A DNA stretch of 54,738 bases from Candidatus Woesearchaeota archaeon (GCA_964471565.1 CAYYFK010000003.1:1-54738), one strand, 5' to 3'. Shown: positions 8,769-18,479, counted from the stretch's first letter. Notes: generated by a model from the letters alone, not told the origin. Program-made: numbers and translations.

Positions 8769-8944
8769 TTTCTTCCGTATCTCCTTTTGAGGCATTCATG
8801 ATATCTTCTTAATTTTGCTACATAAGTCAAGTCATATATATTGCCCTTTGGTTTTATACATGGTCCTAGTCTTCCCAATCTGCTAGTTAAATCATATGCA
8901 CTTCCAGGATAATTTAATTTTTTTTCTAAAGATTTTTTTGTCAT
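8765..8944 (-). CDS. Small basic protein (59 aa, not in ORF track), paralog of 8944..9195
   Basis: MTKKSLEKKL...AKLRRYHECLKRRYGRK; translationally coupled on both sides. Confidence 0.6.
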   Translation of the reverse strand: MTKKSLEKKLNYPGSAYDLTSRLGRLGPCIKPKGNIYDLTYVAKLRRYHECLKRRYGRK

Positions 8945-9195
8945 TATTTATGCCTCCACGTTCCATATCTTCTTTTTTTATACTGTCCACACTTTCTAAG
9001 CTTAGCTTCTTGTACCGAATAGGAATTTAATATATCTGCACGTACTTTTGAAACTGGCCACGCTTTTTTAGTTAAATTATATCTTAGTGGTATCTCTAAA
9101 CATATTTTTAATGTATCGTTATGCATAGCTCTAAACGCCAACATTAGGCCAATATCGCTTGCACTTAATCTCCTTTCTAAAGATTTTTTTGACAC
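8944..9195 (-). CDS. Small basic protein (83 aa)
   Basis: MSKKSLERRL...AKLRKCGQYKKRRYG; termini shared with the downstream 59-aa ORF. Confidence 0.6.
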   Translation of the reverse strand: MSKKSLERRLSASDIGLMLAFRAMHNDTLKICLEIPLRYNLTKKAWPVSKVRADILNSYSVQEAKLRKCGQYKKRRYGTWRHK

Positions 9196-9265
9196 AGTTC
9201 CTATGGTGCCTTTGTTTTTTTAAAGATTTAGTTAGTTTTATAAGTAGATTAAAAAATATAGAATT

Positions 9266-9335
9266 AAGACGTTTGGCCAACACCCTCTGATTTATGCTTT
9301 GAGCTAAAGATGAAAAAGGGACACTACAACGTCTT
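9266..9335. ncRNA. Candidate structured non-coding RNA
   Basis: Nested stems AAGACGTT/AACGTCTT, CCCT/AGGG and CTTT/AAAG in a GC-elevated intergenic stretch about 20 nt after TTTATAAG. Confidence 0.35.
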
Positions 9336-9365
9336 TCAAAACTTTTTAGAAATACTTATATAGTA

Positions 9366-9385
9366 GTTATATAGTACTATATAAC
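9366..9385. promoter_or_regulatory. Perfect 20-bp palindrome, likely toxin-antitoxin operator
   Basis: GTTATATAGTACTATATAAC directly before the antitoxin ATG; extra half-site at 9356-9364. Confidence 0.7.
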
Positions 9386-9619
9386 ATGAATACAACTATA
9401 CAAATAAAGGATACTACATTAGAAAGGTTGAAAGACTTAAAAACTTCTTCTAGAGTAAGTTATGATGAATTAATCAATAATATGATTGATGAAACTGGAG
9501 CTGAAATTCTTACTGAAAAAGAAATTGAAGAGATTAAAGAAGGTTTAGAAGATGTAAGGGCAGGTAGAGTCTATTCAATTGAAGAAGTTGCTAAGGATTT
9601 TGGGATAGATCTAAAATAA
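9386..9619 (+). CDS. Putative antitoxin (RHH-like N-terminus)
   Basis: TTIQIKDTTLERLKDLK...SYDELIN and GLEDVRAGRVYSIEEV; directly upstream of RelE. Confidence 0.8.
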   Translation: MNTTIQIKDTTLERLKDLKTSSRVSYDELINNMIDETGAEILTEKEIEEIKEGLEDVRAGRVYSIEEVAKDFGIDLK

Positions 9620-9620
9620 A

Positions 9621-9875
9621 ATGTATGCTATTAGTATTTCTAGAAGGGCCTTGAGAGATTTAAAAAAATTAGATTCTAATACAAAAAGAGAAATATTGAG
9701 AAAAATTTATAGCATAAGACATAAACCATTTAGTCACATAAAAAGACTTCAAGGTAAAAAATTATGGAGACTAAGAATGGGAGATTATAGGGCTGTTATT
9801 GATGTTATTGTAAAAGGAAATAAAATTATTGTATTGAGAATTGGACATAGAAAACACGTTTATAATAAAATCTAA
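9621..9875 (+). CDS. RelE/ParE-family toxin
   Basis: KRLQG..LWRLRMGDYRAV, IGHRKHVY. Confidence 0.9.
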   Translation: MYAISISRRALRDLKKLDSNTKREILRKIYSIRHKPFSHIKRLQGKKLWRLRMGDYRAVIDVIVKGNKIIVLRIGHRKHVYNKI

Positions 9876-9914
9876 TTAACAAGTTTTTTAAATGAAAATA
9901 AATAAGATAGTTCT

Positions 9915-10094
9915 ATGGTCAAAGTTAGTGTAAGTAAAAAGAAGTGTATTGGGTGCGGAACTTGTGTTGCTTTATGTAATAATTTTGAAATGGATGGAGA
10001 TAAAGCAAAAGTAAAGAATCCTAACCCTAAAACAGTGGGTTGTAATAAAAAAGCAAAAGATAGTTGTCCAGAGGATGCAATAAGTATAAAATGA
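9915..10094 (+). CDS. Single-cluster ferredoxin (59 aa, not in ORF track)
   Basis: CIGCGTCVALC and SCPEDAISI motifs. Confidence 0.9.
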   Translation: MVKVSVSKKKCIGCGTCVALCNNFEMDGDKAKVKNPNPKTVGCNKKAKDSCPEDAISIK

Positions 10095-10966
10095 TTGAAT
10101 GGTATGTTCTTGCATTGATTTCGGCTCTATTTTCAGCTAGTGCTGCAATCTTTGAAAAAAAAATATTATTCAAAGAAAAAGCTTTAGCGTTTTCTACTGC
10201 CTTGGCAATATTTAATTTAGTTTTAGCTATTCCTTTTTTCTTTTTTATAGATATGTCTAGTGTCTCTTCAATTAGTTTGCTTGTTTTATTTTTTAAATCG
10301 ATCCTTGGAGCTTTTGCGTTTCTTTGTGTAATGTTGGGTATTAAAAATTTGGAGATTAGTAATGCTTTGCCTTTGCTTGTTTTGACTCCAGGTTTTGTTG
10401 CTTTTTTTGCATTTATTTTTCTAAAAGAAGTATTATCTGGAATTGAACTAATTGGAATGCTATTGTTGTTGGGAGGAACATATATTTTACAACTTAAGTT
10501 AAATCAAAGATTTTTGGACCCCTTTAGAATTTTTTGGAAATCAAAAGGACATAAGTATATAATTTGGGCGTTGATTTTATTTACAATAACTTCTATTCTT
10601 GATAAGGCCCTTCTTAAGACTTTTAAACTTCCTGTAAATGCGTTTATGGGTTTTCAACATTTATTTTTAGCTATTGTTTTTATTGCGGTAGTTTTATTCA
10701 GTGGAAAAATTAGAGATGTAGCTAATCCCTTAAAGAACTCTTGGAAATGGATACTCCCATTGGCTTTTTTGACAATTACTTATAGGTACACACAGATAGA
10801 AGCTGTAAAGGCTGCTTCTGTTGCTTTGGTTTTGTCATTAAAAAGAGTCTCGGTTTTCTTTGCCGTACTAATTGGGGGAAGTTTGTTTAAAGACCATAGT
10901 CTTTTGAGAAGAGTTTTGGCAACTGCAGTAATGATTCTTGGTGCAGTATTTATTATAACTGGCTAA
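10091..10966 (+). CDS. EamA/DMT-family transporter
   Basis: Two repeated multi-TM halves; likely start MIEWYV at 10091 overlapping the ferredoxin stop. Confidence 0.85.
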   Translation: MIEWYVLALISALFSASAAIFEKKILFKEKALAFSTALAIFNLVLAIPFFFFIDMSSVSSISLLVLFFKSILGAFAFLCVMLGIKNLEISNALPLLVLTPGFVAFFAFIFLKEVLSGIELIGMLLLLGGTYILQLKLNQRFLDPFRIFWKSKGHKYIIWALILFTITSILDKALLKTFKLPVNAFMGFQHLFLAIVFIAVVLFSGKIRDVANPLKNSWKWILPLAFLTITYRYTQIEAVKAASVALVLSLKRVSVFFAVLIGGSLFKDHSLLRRVLATAVMILGAVFIITG

Positions 10967-11799
10967 TATGTAAATTTTATTCCTTTTGCTTTTTCTACTA
11001 TTCCTTTGTTTTCTTTGGGAATATCTTCTTTTTTAGATTTTTCTAGATAGGCAAAAACCTTTTTCTTTTTCTGAGGAATTGTTAGTTTTTTAGTTGTTTT
11101 TGGTCCTCCAATACATCCCCCTATGCAAAATAAAGCATCTAAGAATCTTATTTTTGGATCTGGGTTGTCTAAGAATTCCATAACTTTTTTTATCCCCGAA
11201 ATACTTTTTATTTCATCTTTTCTTATTACTCCTTTAAGATGTGCTGTTTTTGCTAATCCGCCCTCTAATGGATATATTTTTGTATAGTCATTGTAGAATT
11301 TATCAAACAATTTTTTTTCTTTGTTCTTTTTTATTTTATGTTTTTTGAATAATTCTCTTAATTGCTCATAATCAATTACATAATCTACATATTTTGAATT
11401 TTTTGCTTCTAGTTTTTTATAATCACAAGGAGATAAGAAAACTGTTTTGTGTTTTGGATATATCTTTCTACATATTTTTCCAGTTGCAACCATTGGGCTG
11501 TCTATTTTTGCTATGTTTTTTTTATATTTGGGATATTTGAGTTTTATTGTTTCTACTATTCCTGGACAAGGAGAAGCAATTAATAATTTTTTAGAATTTT
11601 TTAATTGTTTGTGATACTCTCTATTAATCATCTTTGCCCCAAAAGTTAATTCTACTGCTTTATCAAAACCTAATTTTTTTAATTGTGTTAAAATTGAAGG
11701 ATAATCAAAATCTGCTATAAAACTTGGAGCTACTAAAGCTACCATCTTTGTTTTTTTCTTTAATTCTTTTTCTATTCTTGGAATGTTGTCTTTATCCAC
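10963..11799 (-). CDS. Minimal [FeFe]-hydrogenase H-cluster-domain protein
   Basis: L1 ASPCPG, L2 SPCDYKKLE, L3 DALFCIGGCIGG; 278 aa with no accessory FeS domain. Confidence 0.75.
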   Translation of the reverse strand: MDKDNIPRIEKELKKKTKMVALVAPSFIADFDYPSILTQLKKLGFDKAVELTFGAKMINREYHKQLKNSKKLLIASPCPGIVETIKLKYPKYKKNIAKIDSPMVATGKICRKIYPKHKTVFLSPCDYKKLEAKNSKYVDYVIDYEQLRELFKKHKIKKNKEKKLFDKFYNDYTKIYPLEGGLAKTAHLKGVIRKDEIKSISGIKKVMEFLDNPDPKIRFLDALFCIGGCIGGPKTTKKLTIPQKKKKVFAYLEKSKKEDIPKENKGIVEKAKGIKFTY

Positions 11800-12574
11800 T
11801 TTTTAAGTTCTCATCTAACGTTCTTCTTTTTTCTTTATAGAATATTCCTATTGGGATTTTTCCTTTATTAGAATTATAATCCCATTTATCTGCTATTGCA
11901 AAAGCTTTCTTTATGTTATTTTTATTGCTTACTTTATACATATATTTGTCTAATTTATTCATTTCTAGGTTGAAGATTAAACAGTTTTGAATTATATCTA
12001 CAAATGAGAATCCTTTGTGTTTTATTGCTTGTTTTATTATACTTGCTGTATGTTTTATGTCATTTGCGTTGCATCTAGCGACGAATGTAGCTCCAGAAGA
12101 CAATGCCAGTCTTATTGGGTTCAATGGCTTGTTTTTGTTCCCAAATGGCTCAGATTTTGCTGTAAATCCTTGCTGTGACGTGGGTGTTACTTGACCTGTT
12201 GTTAATGAAAAAGATTGATTATTATGGACGATTAGAGTCGTATTTGCATTGTATCTTCCTGCACTTATGAAATGAGCTAATCCTTCTGAATAGGTATCTC
12301 CATCTCCTGCGAATCCTATTACATTTAATTTTGGATTTCCTACATTTATTCCCAACATAGTCGGTATAACTCTCCCATGTAGGGTGTAAATTCCACTTAA
12401 GTTAATATAGTCAAATATTTTTGCATGACAACCAATTCCAGTGACCATTGCAAAGTTTTTGTGTTTATATCCTTCTTTAATTAGTGAATTTATAGCTTGT
12501 TTTGTAGATTCTAAAATTAAGTTATTTGGGCATCCTGGGCACCATGTATTTGTATTTTTTGTTTTTAGATTCAT
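11792..12574 (-). CDS. 2-oxoacid:ferredoxin oxidoreductase beta subunit
   Basis: WCPGC, TGIGC, HGR, GDGD..SEG, HNN...LTTGQ TPP-binding motifs. Confidence 0.93.
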   Translation of the reverse strand: MNLKTKNTNTWCPGCPNNLILESTKQAINSLIKEGYKHKNFAMVTGIGCHAKIFDYINLSGIYTLHGRVIPTMLGINVGNPKLNVIGFAGDGDTYSEGLAHFISAGRYNANTTLIVHNNQSFSLTTGQVTPTSQQGFTAKSEPFGNKNKPLNPIRLALSSGATFVARCNANDIKHTASIIKQAIKHKGFSFVDIIQNCLIFNLEMNKLDKYMYKVSNKNNIKKAFAIADKWDYNSNKGKIPIGIFYKEKRRTLDENLKSG

Positions 12575-14079
12575 TTTAATTGTTTTCTTAATTCATCTGA
12601 AAGGAATGGCCTTCCGTCATATTTTAGTATCCTATTATTTATTTTGATTCCAGTTTTTTCTCTAATCAATCTTCCTAATTGACCTGTTAGATTGTTTTCC
12701 ACCAAAATTACTTTCTTTGCTTTTTTGATTTCTTTTCTAATTTGATCAGAAATTGGCATTAAGTATAATACTTGTAGAAATTTGAAATCTTTGCCTTCAA
12801 TTGCGTCTAATATTGCTCCTTTTGTTGATCCGCAACCAATGATTAGATTTTTACTATTCTTTTTTCCATGAATTTTTATCATTTCGAATTTTTTTGCTTC
12901 TTTTTTTATTTTTTGATATTTGATTATTCTAGAATCTGCGTTTTTCTTTAGTAGACTTGCTTCTTCTGTGGTGTTACCAAATTTATCATGTTCATATCCT
13001 GAGGCCTTTACTATTGTTTTTCCTGGAATTTTTCTATTTACTTTTGGTATTATTGCTTTATTTATTTTATCACATATACTAAACTCTGATTCTGCTAAAT
13101 GTTTGTCTGAAAGAATAATAGATAGGGTGTTGAATTTTTCTGATAAGTAGAATGCCTCATTTGTTTTTTCTATTGCTTCTTTTGGATCTCCAGGGGCAAT
13201 AACAACTCTTGGAAACTCTCCGTGTCCTCCCCTTAAGGCAATGTTTATATCTCCTTGGATAGTATATGTTGGAGTTCCAGTTCCTGGGCCAGGTCTTGCT
13301 GCTAAGTAAACCACTAAAGGAATTTCAGACATGCCTTGTAGACTTAAACCTTCTGTCATTAAGTCGAATCCTCCTCCAGATGTGCCAATCATTGTTCTTT
13401 TTCCAGTAAAGCTTGAACCTAGGGCGGCGTTTACAACCGCTATTTCATTTTCTGGTTGGAAAACTATAAAATTATTCTTTTTTTGATTTGCTGCTAAAAT
13501 GTGCATAACTCCTGTTGCGGGAGTCATTGGATAAGCTATGTATCTGTCTATCTTTGAATTAATTGCCCCAGTGGCTACTGCTTGAGATCCACTCATTACA
13601 TTAATTTTGTTTTTTAATTTTTTAAGATGAAACAATTCTTTTTCTGAATTGTACCCCTTTTCTGCCGCTTGGAATGTTTCTTTAGAATTAAATTCTTTTT
13701 TTATTTCATCAATTAAATATTTTTTCTCTATTCCTAAGATTTTAATAAATGCTCCTGCCAATGCAATGTTAATATTTCTTCCTAATTTTTCAAATTCTTT
13801 GTAAGTTATTATCAATCCTTTTTTTGTAAGTTCTTTTTTATGAGTTTTTGCAGTGTTATCATCTAAAGCTAGAATACAATTTATTTTGCTTTCATGGCTG
13901 CTAATCTGTTTGTCTGATATGTTTAGTACGTTAAAATTGTGGCCTCCCCTTATCAATGAAGGATAGTCTCTATAGTTAAATATGTAATATCCGTGCTTTG
14001 TTAATATTTGAGAAATTATTTGGGATATCTTATTTATACCTTGACCTGATTTTCCCCCAATAAGAACACTTAACCTCAT
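12571..14079 (-). CDS. 2-oxoacid:ferredoxin oxidoreductase alpha subunit (gamma-alpha fused type)
   Basis: GGKSGQG, YPSLIRGGHN, YPMTPAT, ENEIA, TSGGGF.LM.E. Confidence 0.93.
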   Translation of the reverse strand: MRLSVLIGGKSGQGINKISQIISQILTKHGYYIFNYRDYPSLIRGGHNFNVLNISDKQISSHESKINCILALDDNTAKTHKKELTKKGLIITYKEFEKLGRNINIALAGAFIKILGIEKKYLIDEIKKEFNSKETFQAAEKGYNSEKELFHLKKLKNKINVMSGSQAVATGAINSKIDRYIAYPMTPATGVMHILAANQKKNNFIVFQPENEIAVVNAALGSSFTGKRTMIGTSGGGFDLMTEGLSLQGMSEIPLVVYLAARPGPGTGTPTYTIQGDINIALRGGHGEFPRVVIAPGDPKEAIEKTNEAFYLSEKFNTLSIILSDKHLAESEFSICDKINKAIIPKVNRKIPGKTIVKASGYEHDKFGNTTEEASLLKKNADSRIIKYQKIKKEAKKFEMIKIHGKKNSKNLIIGCGSTKGAILDAIEGKDFKFLQVLYLMPISDQIRKEIKKAKKVILVENNLTGQLGRLIREKTGIKINNRILKYDGRPFLSDELRKQLK

Positions 14080-14156
14080 GTTTTAATTTTGAAAAGTTGA
14101 ATATATAAAATTATCGCATAGTAAAATATATAAATCCTTAATTTAAAATCTAATGT

Positions 14157-14753
14157 ATGTTGCTTGAAGTTGAAACTAAAGTTAAGCTTAATGATTCTGA
14201 AGTCCCTGAACTTAGGGAGAAAATTAAGAAAATAGCTAGGTTTAAAACTAGAGGAAAAAAGGCAGATGATTACTTTGCTATTCAAGATAAAAATTACCCA
14301 AAAAAAGCATTTAGAATAAGAGCAACGAAGGATAAATTTGAAGTGAATTTTAAAAGATCTCTTAAGAAACATTGGACAAAGGAGATTGTTGTTAAGGAAG
14401 AATTTGAATTTAAATTAAAAGGAAAAGATAAAGTTGAATCCCTTCTTACGTTATTTAATGATCTTGGATTTGTTGAGTGGGTAAAAAAAATAAAATGGAA
14501 TGAGACTTATGCGTATAAGAAAGACAAGAGAGTTTCTATTGAGATAAACAGGGTTAAGCATTTGGGTTATTTTATGGAAATAGAATATTTGTGTAAACCT
14601 CGTGAGATAAGAAAAGCAAGAAGGAAAATTTTGAAGGTTTTAAAGATATTAGAAATAAAACCTAATCAAATTGATAATACTGGATATACTAGGATGCTTT
14701 GGTACAAGGGTACAAAAAGCAAAAGAAAATTTTTAGAGAGAAGCATAAAATAA
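14157..14753 (+). CDS. cyaB: CYTH-family protein (class IV adenylate cyclase-like)
   Basis: EVETKV N-terminal motif, RIR, LGYFMEIE, Y near the C-terminus. Confidence 0.8.
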   Translation: MLLEVETKVKLNDSEVPELREKIKKIARFKTRGKKADDYFAIQDKNYPKKAFRIRATKDKFEVNFKRSLKKHWTKEIVVKEEFEFKLKGKDKVESLLTLFNDLGFVEWVKKIKWNETYAYKKDKRVSIEINRVKHLGYFMEIEYLCKPREIRKARRKILKVLKILEIKPNQIDNTGYTRMLWYKGTKSKRKFLERSIK

Positions 14754-16667
14754 ATGGTAAAATATGTTGTAAAAAAAGGTAATAAATATTATCCTAGTGA
14801 TGAAATGAAAAAGATTGCTTGGGTTAATTCTAGTTCGGTCTATAAAGAAGCAAATAAGAATCCAATTAAGTTTTGGGATGATTTAGCAAAGCAAGGGTTA
14901 TATTGGGAAAAGCTTTGGAAAAAAACATATAAGGAAAAATTACCTTATTTTGAATGGTTTAAGGGTGGAAAATTAAATGCTAGTTTTAATTGTTTGGATA
15001 GACATATCAACATCAGAAGTATGAAAGATGCAATTATTTTTGTTCCTGAATTAACCAAAGAAAAAACTCAAAAAATAACGTATATGGAGCTATATAAAAA
15101 AGTAAATAGATTTGCTAATGTTTTGAAAGATTTGGGGGTAAAAAAAGGAGATGTAGTAAGTATATATTTGCCTTTGATTCCGGAACTAATTATATCTATG
15201 TTGGCCTGTGCAAGAATTGGGGCAATACATAGCGTTGTTTTTTCTGCATTTTCAGATGAGGCTTTGAAAACAAGAATAAAAGATGGGAAAAGTAAGGTTT
15301 TGATAACTTCTGATGGATATTATAGAAAAGGAGAGAAAGAAGACTTATTAAAAAAGGCTAAAAGTGGTATAAAAGGAACAAAGATAAAAAAAGTTGTTGT
15401 AGTAAACAGATTAAATAAAAAAGTAAAATATGGTGGAAAATTTGTTTCCTTTGAAAAAGAATTAAAAAAAGTTGATCAATATTGTGAACCAGAAATTATG
15501 GACTCAAATGATACTTTGTTTATTTTGTATACTAGTGGAACCACTGGAAATCCTAAGGGAATAATGCATGATACTGGGGGTTATTTGACTCAAGCATACT
15601 GGAGTACAAAATGGAACTTTAATTTACGTGAGAAAGATGTTATTTGGTGTACTGCAGATATTGGTTGGATTACCGGACATACTTATTCTTGTTATGGTCC
15701 GCTTTCTTTAGGAGGAACTCTAGTTTTATATGAGGGTGCTTTAAATTATCCAAACCCTGGAAGATGGTGGAAAATTGTTGATGATAATAAAGTTACATCA
15801 TTTTATACTGCCCCGACTGCTATTAGAATGTTTATGAGACTTGGGGAAAAATGGGTTGATAAATATAAGCTAGATAGTCTAAAAATACTCGGAACTGTTG
15901 GTGAGCCAATTGATAAAGATGCTTGGAATTGGTATTTTAATAAAATTGGTAAAAAAAGATGTCCAATTATAGATACTTGGTGGCAAACTGAAACTGGAGC
16001 AAATATGGTTAATGCTTTGCCCGGTGTAGGTCCTTTCATCCCTGGTGTTGCTGGAAGAAGTTTTCCTGGAATAAAACATGAAATTGTTAATGAGAAAGGG
16101 AAAAAAAGTAAAAGGGGATTTTTGGTTCAATTAAGTCCTTTTGCACCTGCTATGTTACAGGGCATTTTTAGAAATAAGAAAAGGTATAGGGAAACTTATT
16201 GGAAGAGATTTAAAGGAAAATATGATACAAGTGATGGTGCTTTTTATTATGATAAAGAAAACATCCGTATAACTGGAAGGATTGATGATGTGATTAAGGT
16301 TGCTGGCCACAGGTTGAGTACTGCAGAGATGGAAAATGTGCTTAATGGTGATAAGTTTGTTAATGAAAGTGCGGTAGTTGGTATTCCTGATAAGATTCGT
16401 GGAGAGGTTCCTGTTGCTTTTGTTGTTTTGGAGAAAGGAAAAGCAAGTAAAGAGTTAGAAAAAAGTTTGATTAAGTTAATTAGAAGCAAAATAGGTCCAA
16501 TTGCCGGGTTGAATAAGATTTATTTCGTTGGAGATTTACCTAAGACTCGAAGTGGAAAGATTATGAGAAGAATTTTAAGAAATTTATTGACTAAAGAACC
16601 TCTTGGTGGTGTAAGTACCTTGGTTAATCCTGGATGTGTTAATATCATTAAAGAGCAACTTATTTAA
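14754..16667 (+). CDS. acs: Acetate--CoA ligase (AMP-forming)
   Basis: YTSGTTGNPKG, DTWWQTETG, GRIDDVIKVAGHRL, PKTRSGKIMRR. Confidence 0.95.
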   Translation: MVKYVVKKGNKYYPSDEMKKIAWVNSSSVYKEANKNPIKFWDDLAKQGLYWEKLWKKTYKEKLPYFEWFKGGKLNASFNCLDRHINIRSMKDAIIFVPELTKEKTQKITYMELYKKVNRFANVLKDLGVKKGDVVSIYLPLIPELIISMLACARIGAIHSVVFSAFSDEALKTRIKDGKSKVLITSDGYYRKGEKEDLLKKAKSGIKGTKIKKVVVVNRLNKKVKYGGKFVSFEKELKKVDQYCEPEIMDSNDTLFILYTSGTTGNPKGIMHDTGGYLTQAYWSTKWNFNLREKDVIWCTADIGWITGHTYSCYGPLSLGGTLVLYEGALNYPNPGRWWKIVDDNKVTSFYTAPTAIRMFMRLGEKWVDKYKLDSLKILGTVGEPIDKDAWNWYFNKIGKKRCPIIDTWWQTETGANMVNALPGVGPFIPGVAGRSFPGIKHEIVNEKGKKSKRGFLVQLSPFAPAMLQGIFRNKKRYRETYWKRFKGKYDTSDGAFYYDKENIRITGRIDDVIKVAGHRLSTAEMENVLNGDKFVNESAVVGIPDKIRGEVPVAFVVLEKGKASKELEKSLIKLIRSKIGPIAGLNKIYFVGDLPKTRSGKIMRRILRNLLTKEPLGGVSTLVNPGCVNIIKEQLI

Positions 16668-17290
16668 TATCCGTGCTCTCCACGTAAAGGAACAAATAAA
16701 AATTCTCCTAAATTTTCAGTCCTTAGTTCTCTACTATTAGTTATTTTTAATAATTTTTGTTCATATAAATGTCCAACAGGTAGAACTATAACCCCTTCTC
16801 TTACTAATTGACTTAGTAATACTTGGTTTATTTTAGGGGATGCGGCCGCTACAATTATTTTGTCATAAGGCGCAAATTTTTCATACCCTCTTGAACCATC
16901 AGTTCTTATGATTTTTACATTTTTATCTAATTTTATTTTTCTAAGATTTTTTTTAGCGAAATCAATTAATTCTGGTAAAACTTCTAAACTGGTGACTTTA
17001 CCTTTTGGGCCCACTAATTTAGACAATAATGCAGTTTGGTAGCCTGATCCAGTACCAATTTCTAAGACGTTTTCCCCTCTTTTAACTTCTAAAGCGTTTA
17101 ACATTATCATTATTGTTGTTGGTTGAGAAATGGTCTGACCCATCAAAAGTGGCAATGCCATGTCCACATATGCTTCATCTTTGTGTTTTTTAAGAACAAA
17201 TTTTTCTCTTGGTATATCTTTGAATGCTAAAATGGTTTTTCTGTCAAAATTATAACTCTTATTCCAATATTTAATTAACGTATCTTTCAA
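16664..17290 (-). CDS. pcm: Protein-L-isoaspartate O-methyltransferase
   Basis: GQTISQP, LEIGTGSGY, APYDKI, FVPL. Confidence 0.93.
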   Translation of the reverse strand: MKDTLIKYWNKSYNFDRKTILAFKDIPREKFVLKKHKDEAYVDMALPLLMGQTISQPTTIMIMLNALEVKRGENVLEIGTGSGYQTALLSKLVGPKGKVTSLEVLPELIDFAKKNLRKIKLDKNVKIIRTDGSRGYEKFAPYDKIIVAAASPKINQVLLSQLVREGVIVLPVGHLYEQKLLKITNSRELRTENLGEFLFVPLRGEHGY

Positions 17291-17529
17291 TCTTCTTTTT
17301 CATCCTCCTTTATCTTCTCGCTTTTTAATTTTTCAAAATATTCTTCCGATGAGAATTCTTTTTTTTCTTCATCAGCTGTTTTCTCTATAATCTCAGATAT
17401 TAATGTGTCCTTTAAATATGAATTCCTTCTGAAAAATCCCTTTCTTTCTTCTTTTTTTTGTTTTTTTATTTCTTCGTTCTTTAGATCTTCTACAAATTCT
17501 TCAGAAGAAAAATCTTCCTCTGGTGCCAT
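17287..17529 (-). CDS. Small charged hypothetical protein
   Basis: 80 aa E/K-rich with a repeated FSSEE; overlaps the pcm start. Confidence 0.6.
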   Translation of the reverse strand: MAPEEDFSSEEFVEDLKNEEIKKQKKEERKGFFRRNSYLKDTLISEIIEKTADEEKKEFSSEEYFEKLKSEKIKEDEKED

Positions 17530-17618
17530 TTTAAGCTAGTATCCTATTGATTTGCTGATATTTAACTGTTTGTTTACTCCATCATAAGCTTTTTATATTA
17601 CTAATTATAAGAAATTTC

Positions 17619-18080
17619 ATGGATATAAGAAAAATAATCATCATTTTGGTTATTGGTGCTTTATTTGCATTCTTTGTTGCTGCATTAGCTGAGGCAATTC
17701 ATAAAAGTCCTGATTATGATGATTATTGTGAAGAATTTGATAAACCTTATGAGTTAGATAGGGAAGACGTTAATGAAGCAGAGTGGAATCAATGTAGAGA
17801 AGAATATGATTCTGCTATGGCAGGCCATAATTTGGTGGTTTTTTATGTTTCGATTATATTTGGTTTGTTAGCTATTGTAGTTGGTTTAATGTTGCCGACT
17901 CATAAGGAGGATTTGAATCAATGGGTTGGTTCTGGTTTTATGTTGGGTGGTTTCTTTACATTATTTTATGGTACTGTCAGAGCTTTCGGAGATCTAGATA
18001 GAGTTATTAGACCGATTATTCTTTTAATAGAATTATTAATCGTCATTTTTGTAGCGTATAAAAAAATAGGGAAGAAATAA
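17619..18080 (+). CDS. Membrane protein (about 4 TM)
   Basis: Hydrophobic segments with a Cys-pair loop. Confidence 0.75.
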   Translation: MDIRKIIIILVIGALFAFFVAALAEAIHKSPDYDDYCEEFDKPYELDREDVNEAEWNQCREEYDSAMAGHNLVVFYVSIIFGLLAIVVGLMLPTHKEDLNQWVGSGFMLGGFFTLFYGTVRAFGDLDRVIRPIILLIELLIVIFVAYKKIGKK

Positions 18081-18479
18081 ATGGCATTGTTAAAAACTAA
18101 GCAAGTTAGAGTGAGATGTAGAAATTGTCAAGGTGAGGCTTACGCTGATGATTTTAAACTAGATAATATTAAGGGTGTTATGGTTTGCCCGAATTGTGAG
18201 AAAAATCCTTCTATTCAAAAAGTTAAGGAAACTGTTGAAGAGAATGGAGTTGATAAAAAACCTGCTGGATGGGATGAAGTTGATGATTATCTTAAGGTTA
18301 GTTACAAAGAAAAAGAAAAACCTAAAGTTGAATTTGAGAAAGTTGAAGGCTCTAAGTACCATTTGAGATATGTATGTAAGAGTTGTGAGTATAAATTTAA
18401 ATATAATACTATTAAGCATTGGCCAAGAGTTTGTCCTGCTTGTTCTAAAGATATAGAAGCTGTTGAACCTAGCTTTTAG
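18081..18479 (+). CDS. Double zinc-ribbon protein
   Basis: CRNC...CPNC and CKSC...CPAC. Confidence 0.75.
   Translation: MALLKTKQVRVRCRNCQGEAYADDFKLDNIKGVMVCPNCEKNPSIQKVKETVEENGVDKKPAGWDEVDDYLKVSYKEKEKPKVEFEKVEGSKYHLRYVCKSCEYKFKYNTIKHWPRVCPACSKDIEAVEPSF

Noticed and set aside
8460-9900. Integrated element with att sites at tRNA 3' ends
   Set aside because: No duplicated tRNA 3' end and no integrase in the window; the only match is the other genuine tRNA-Ser.
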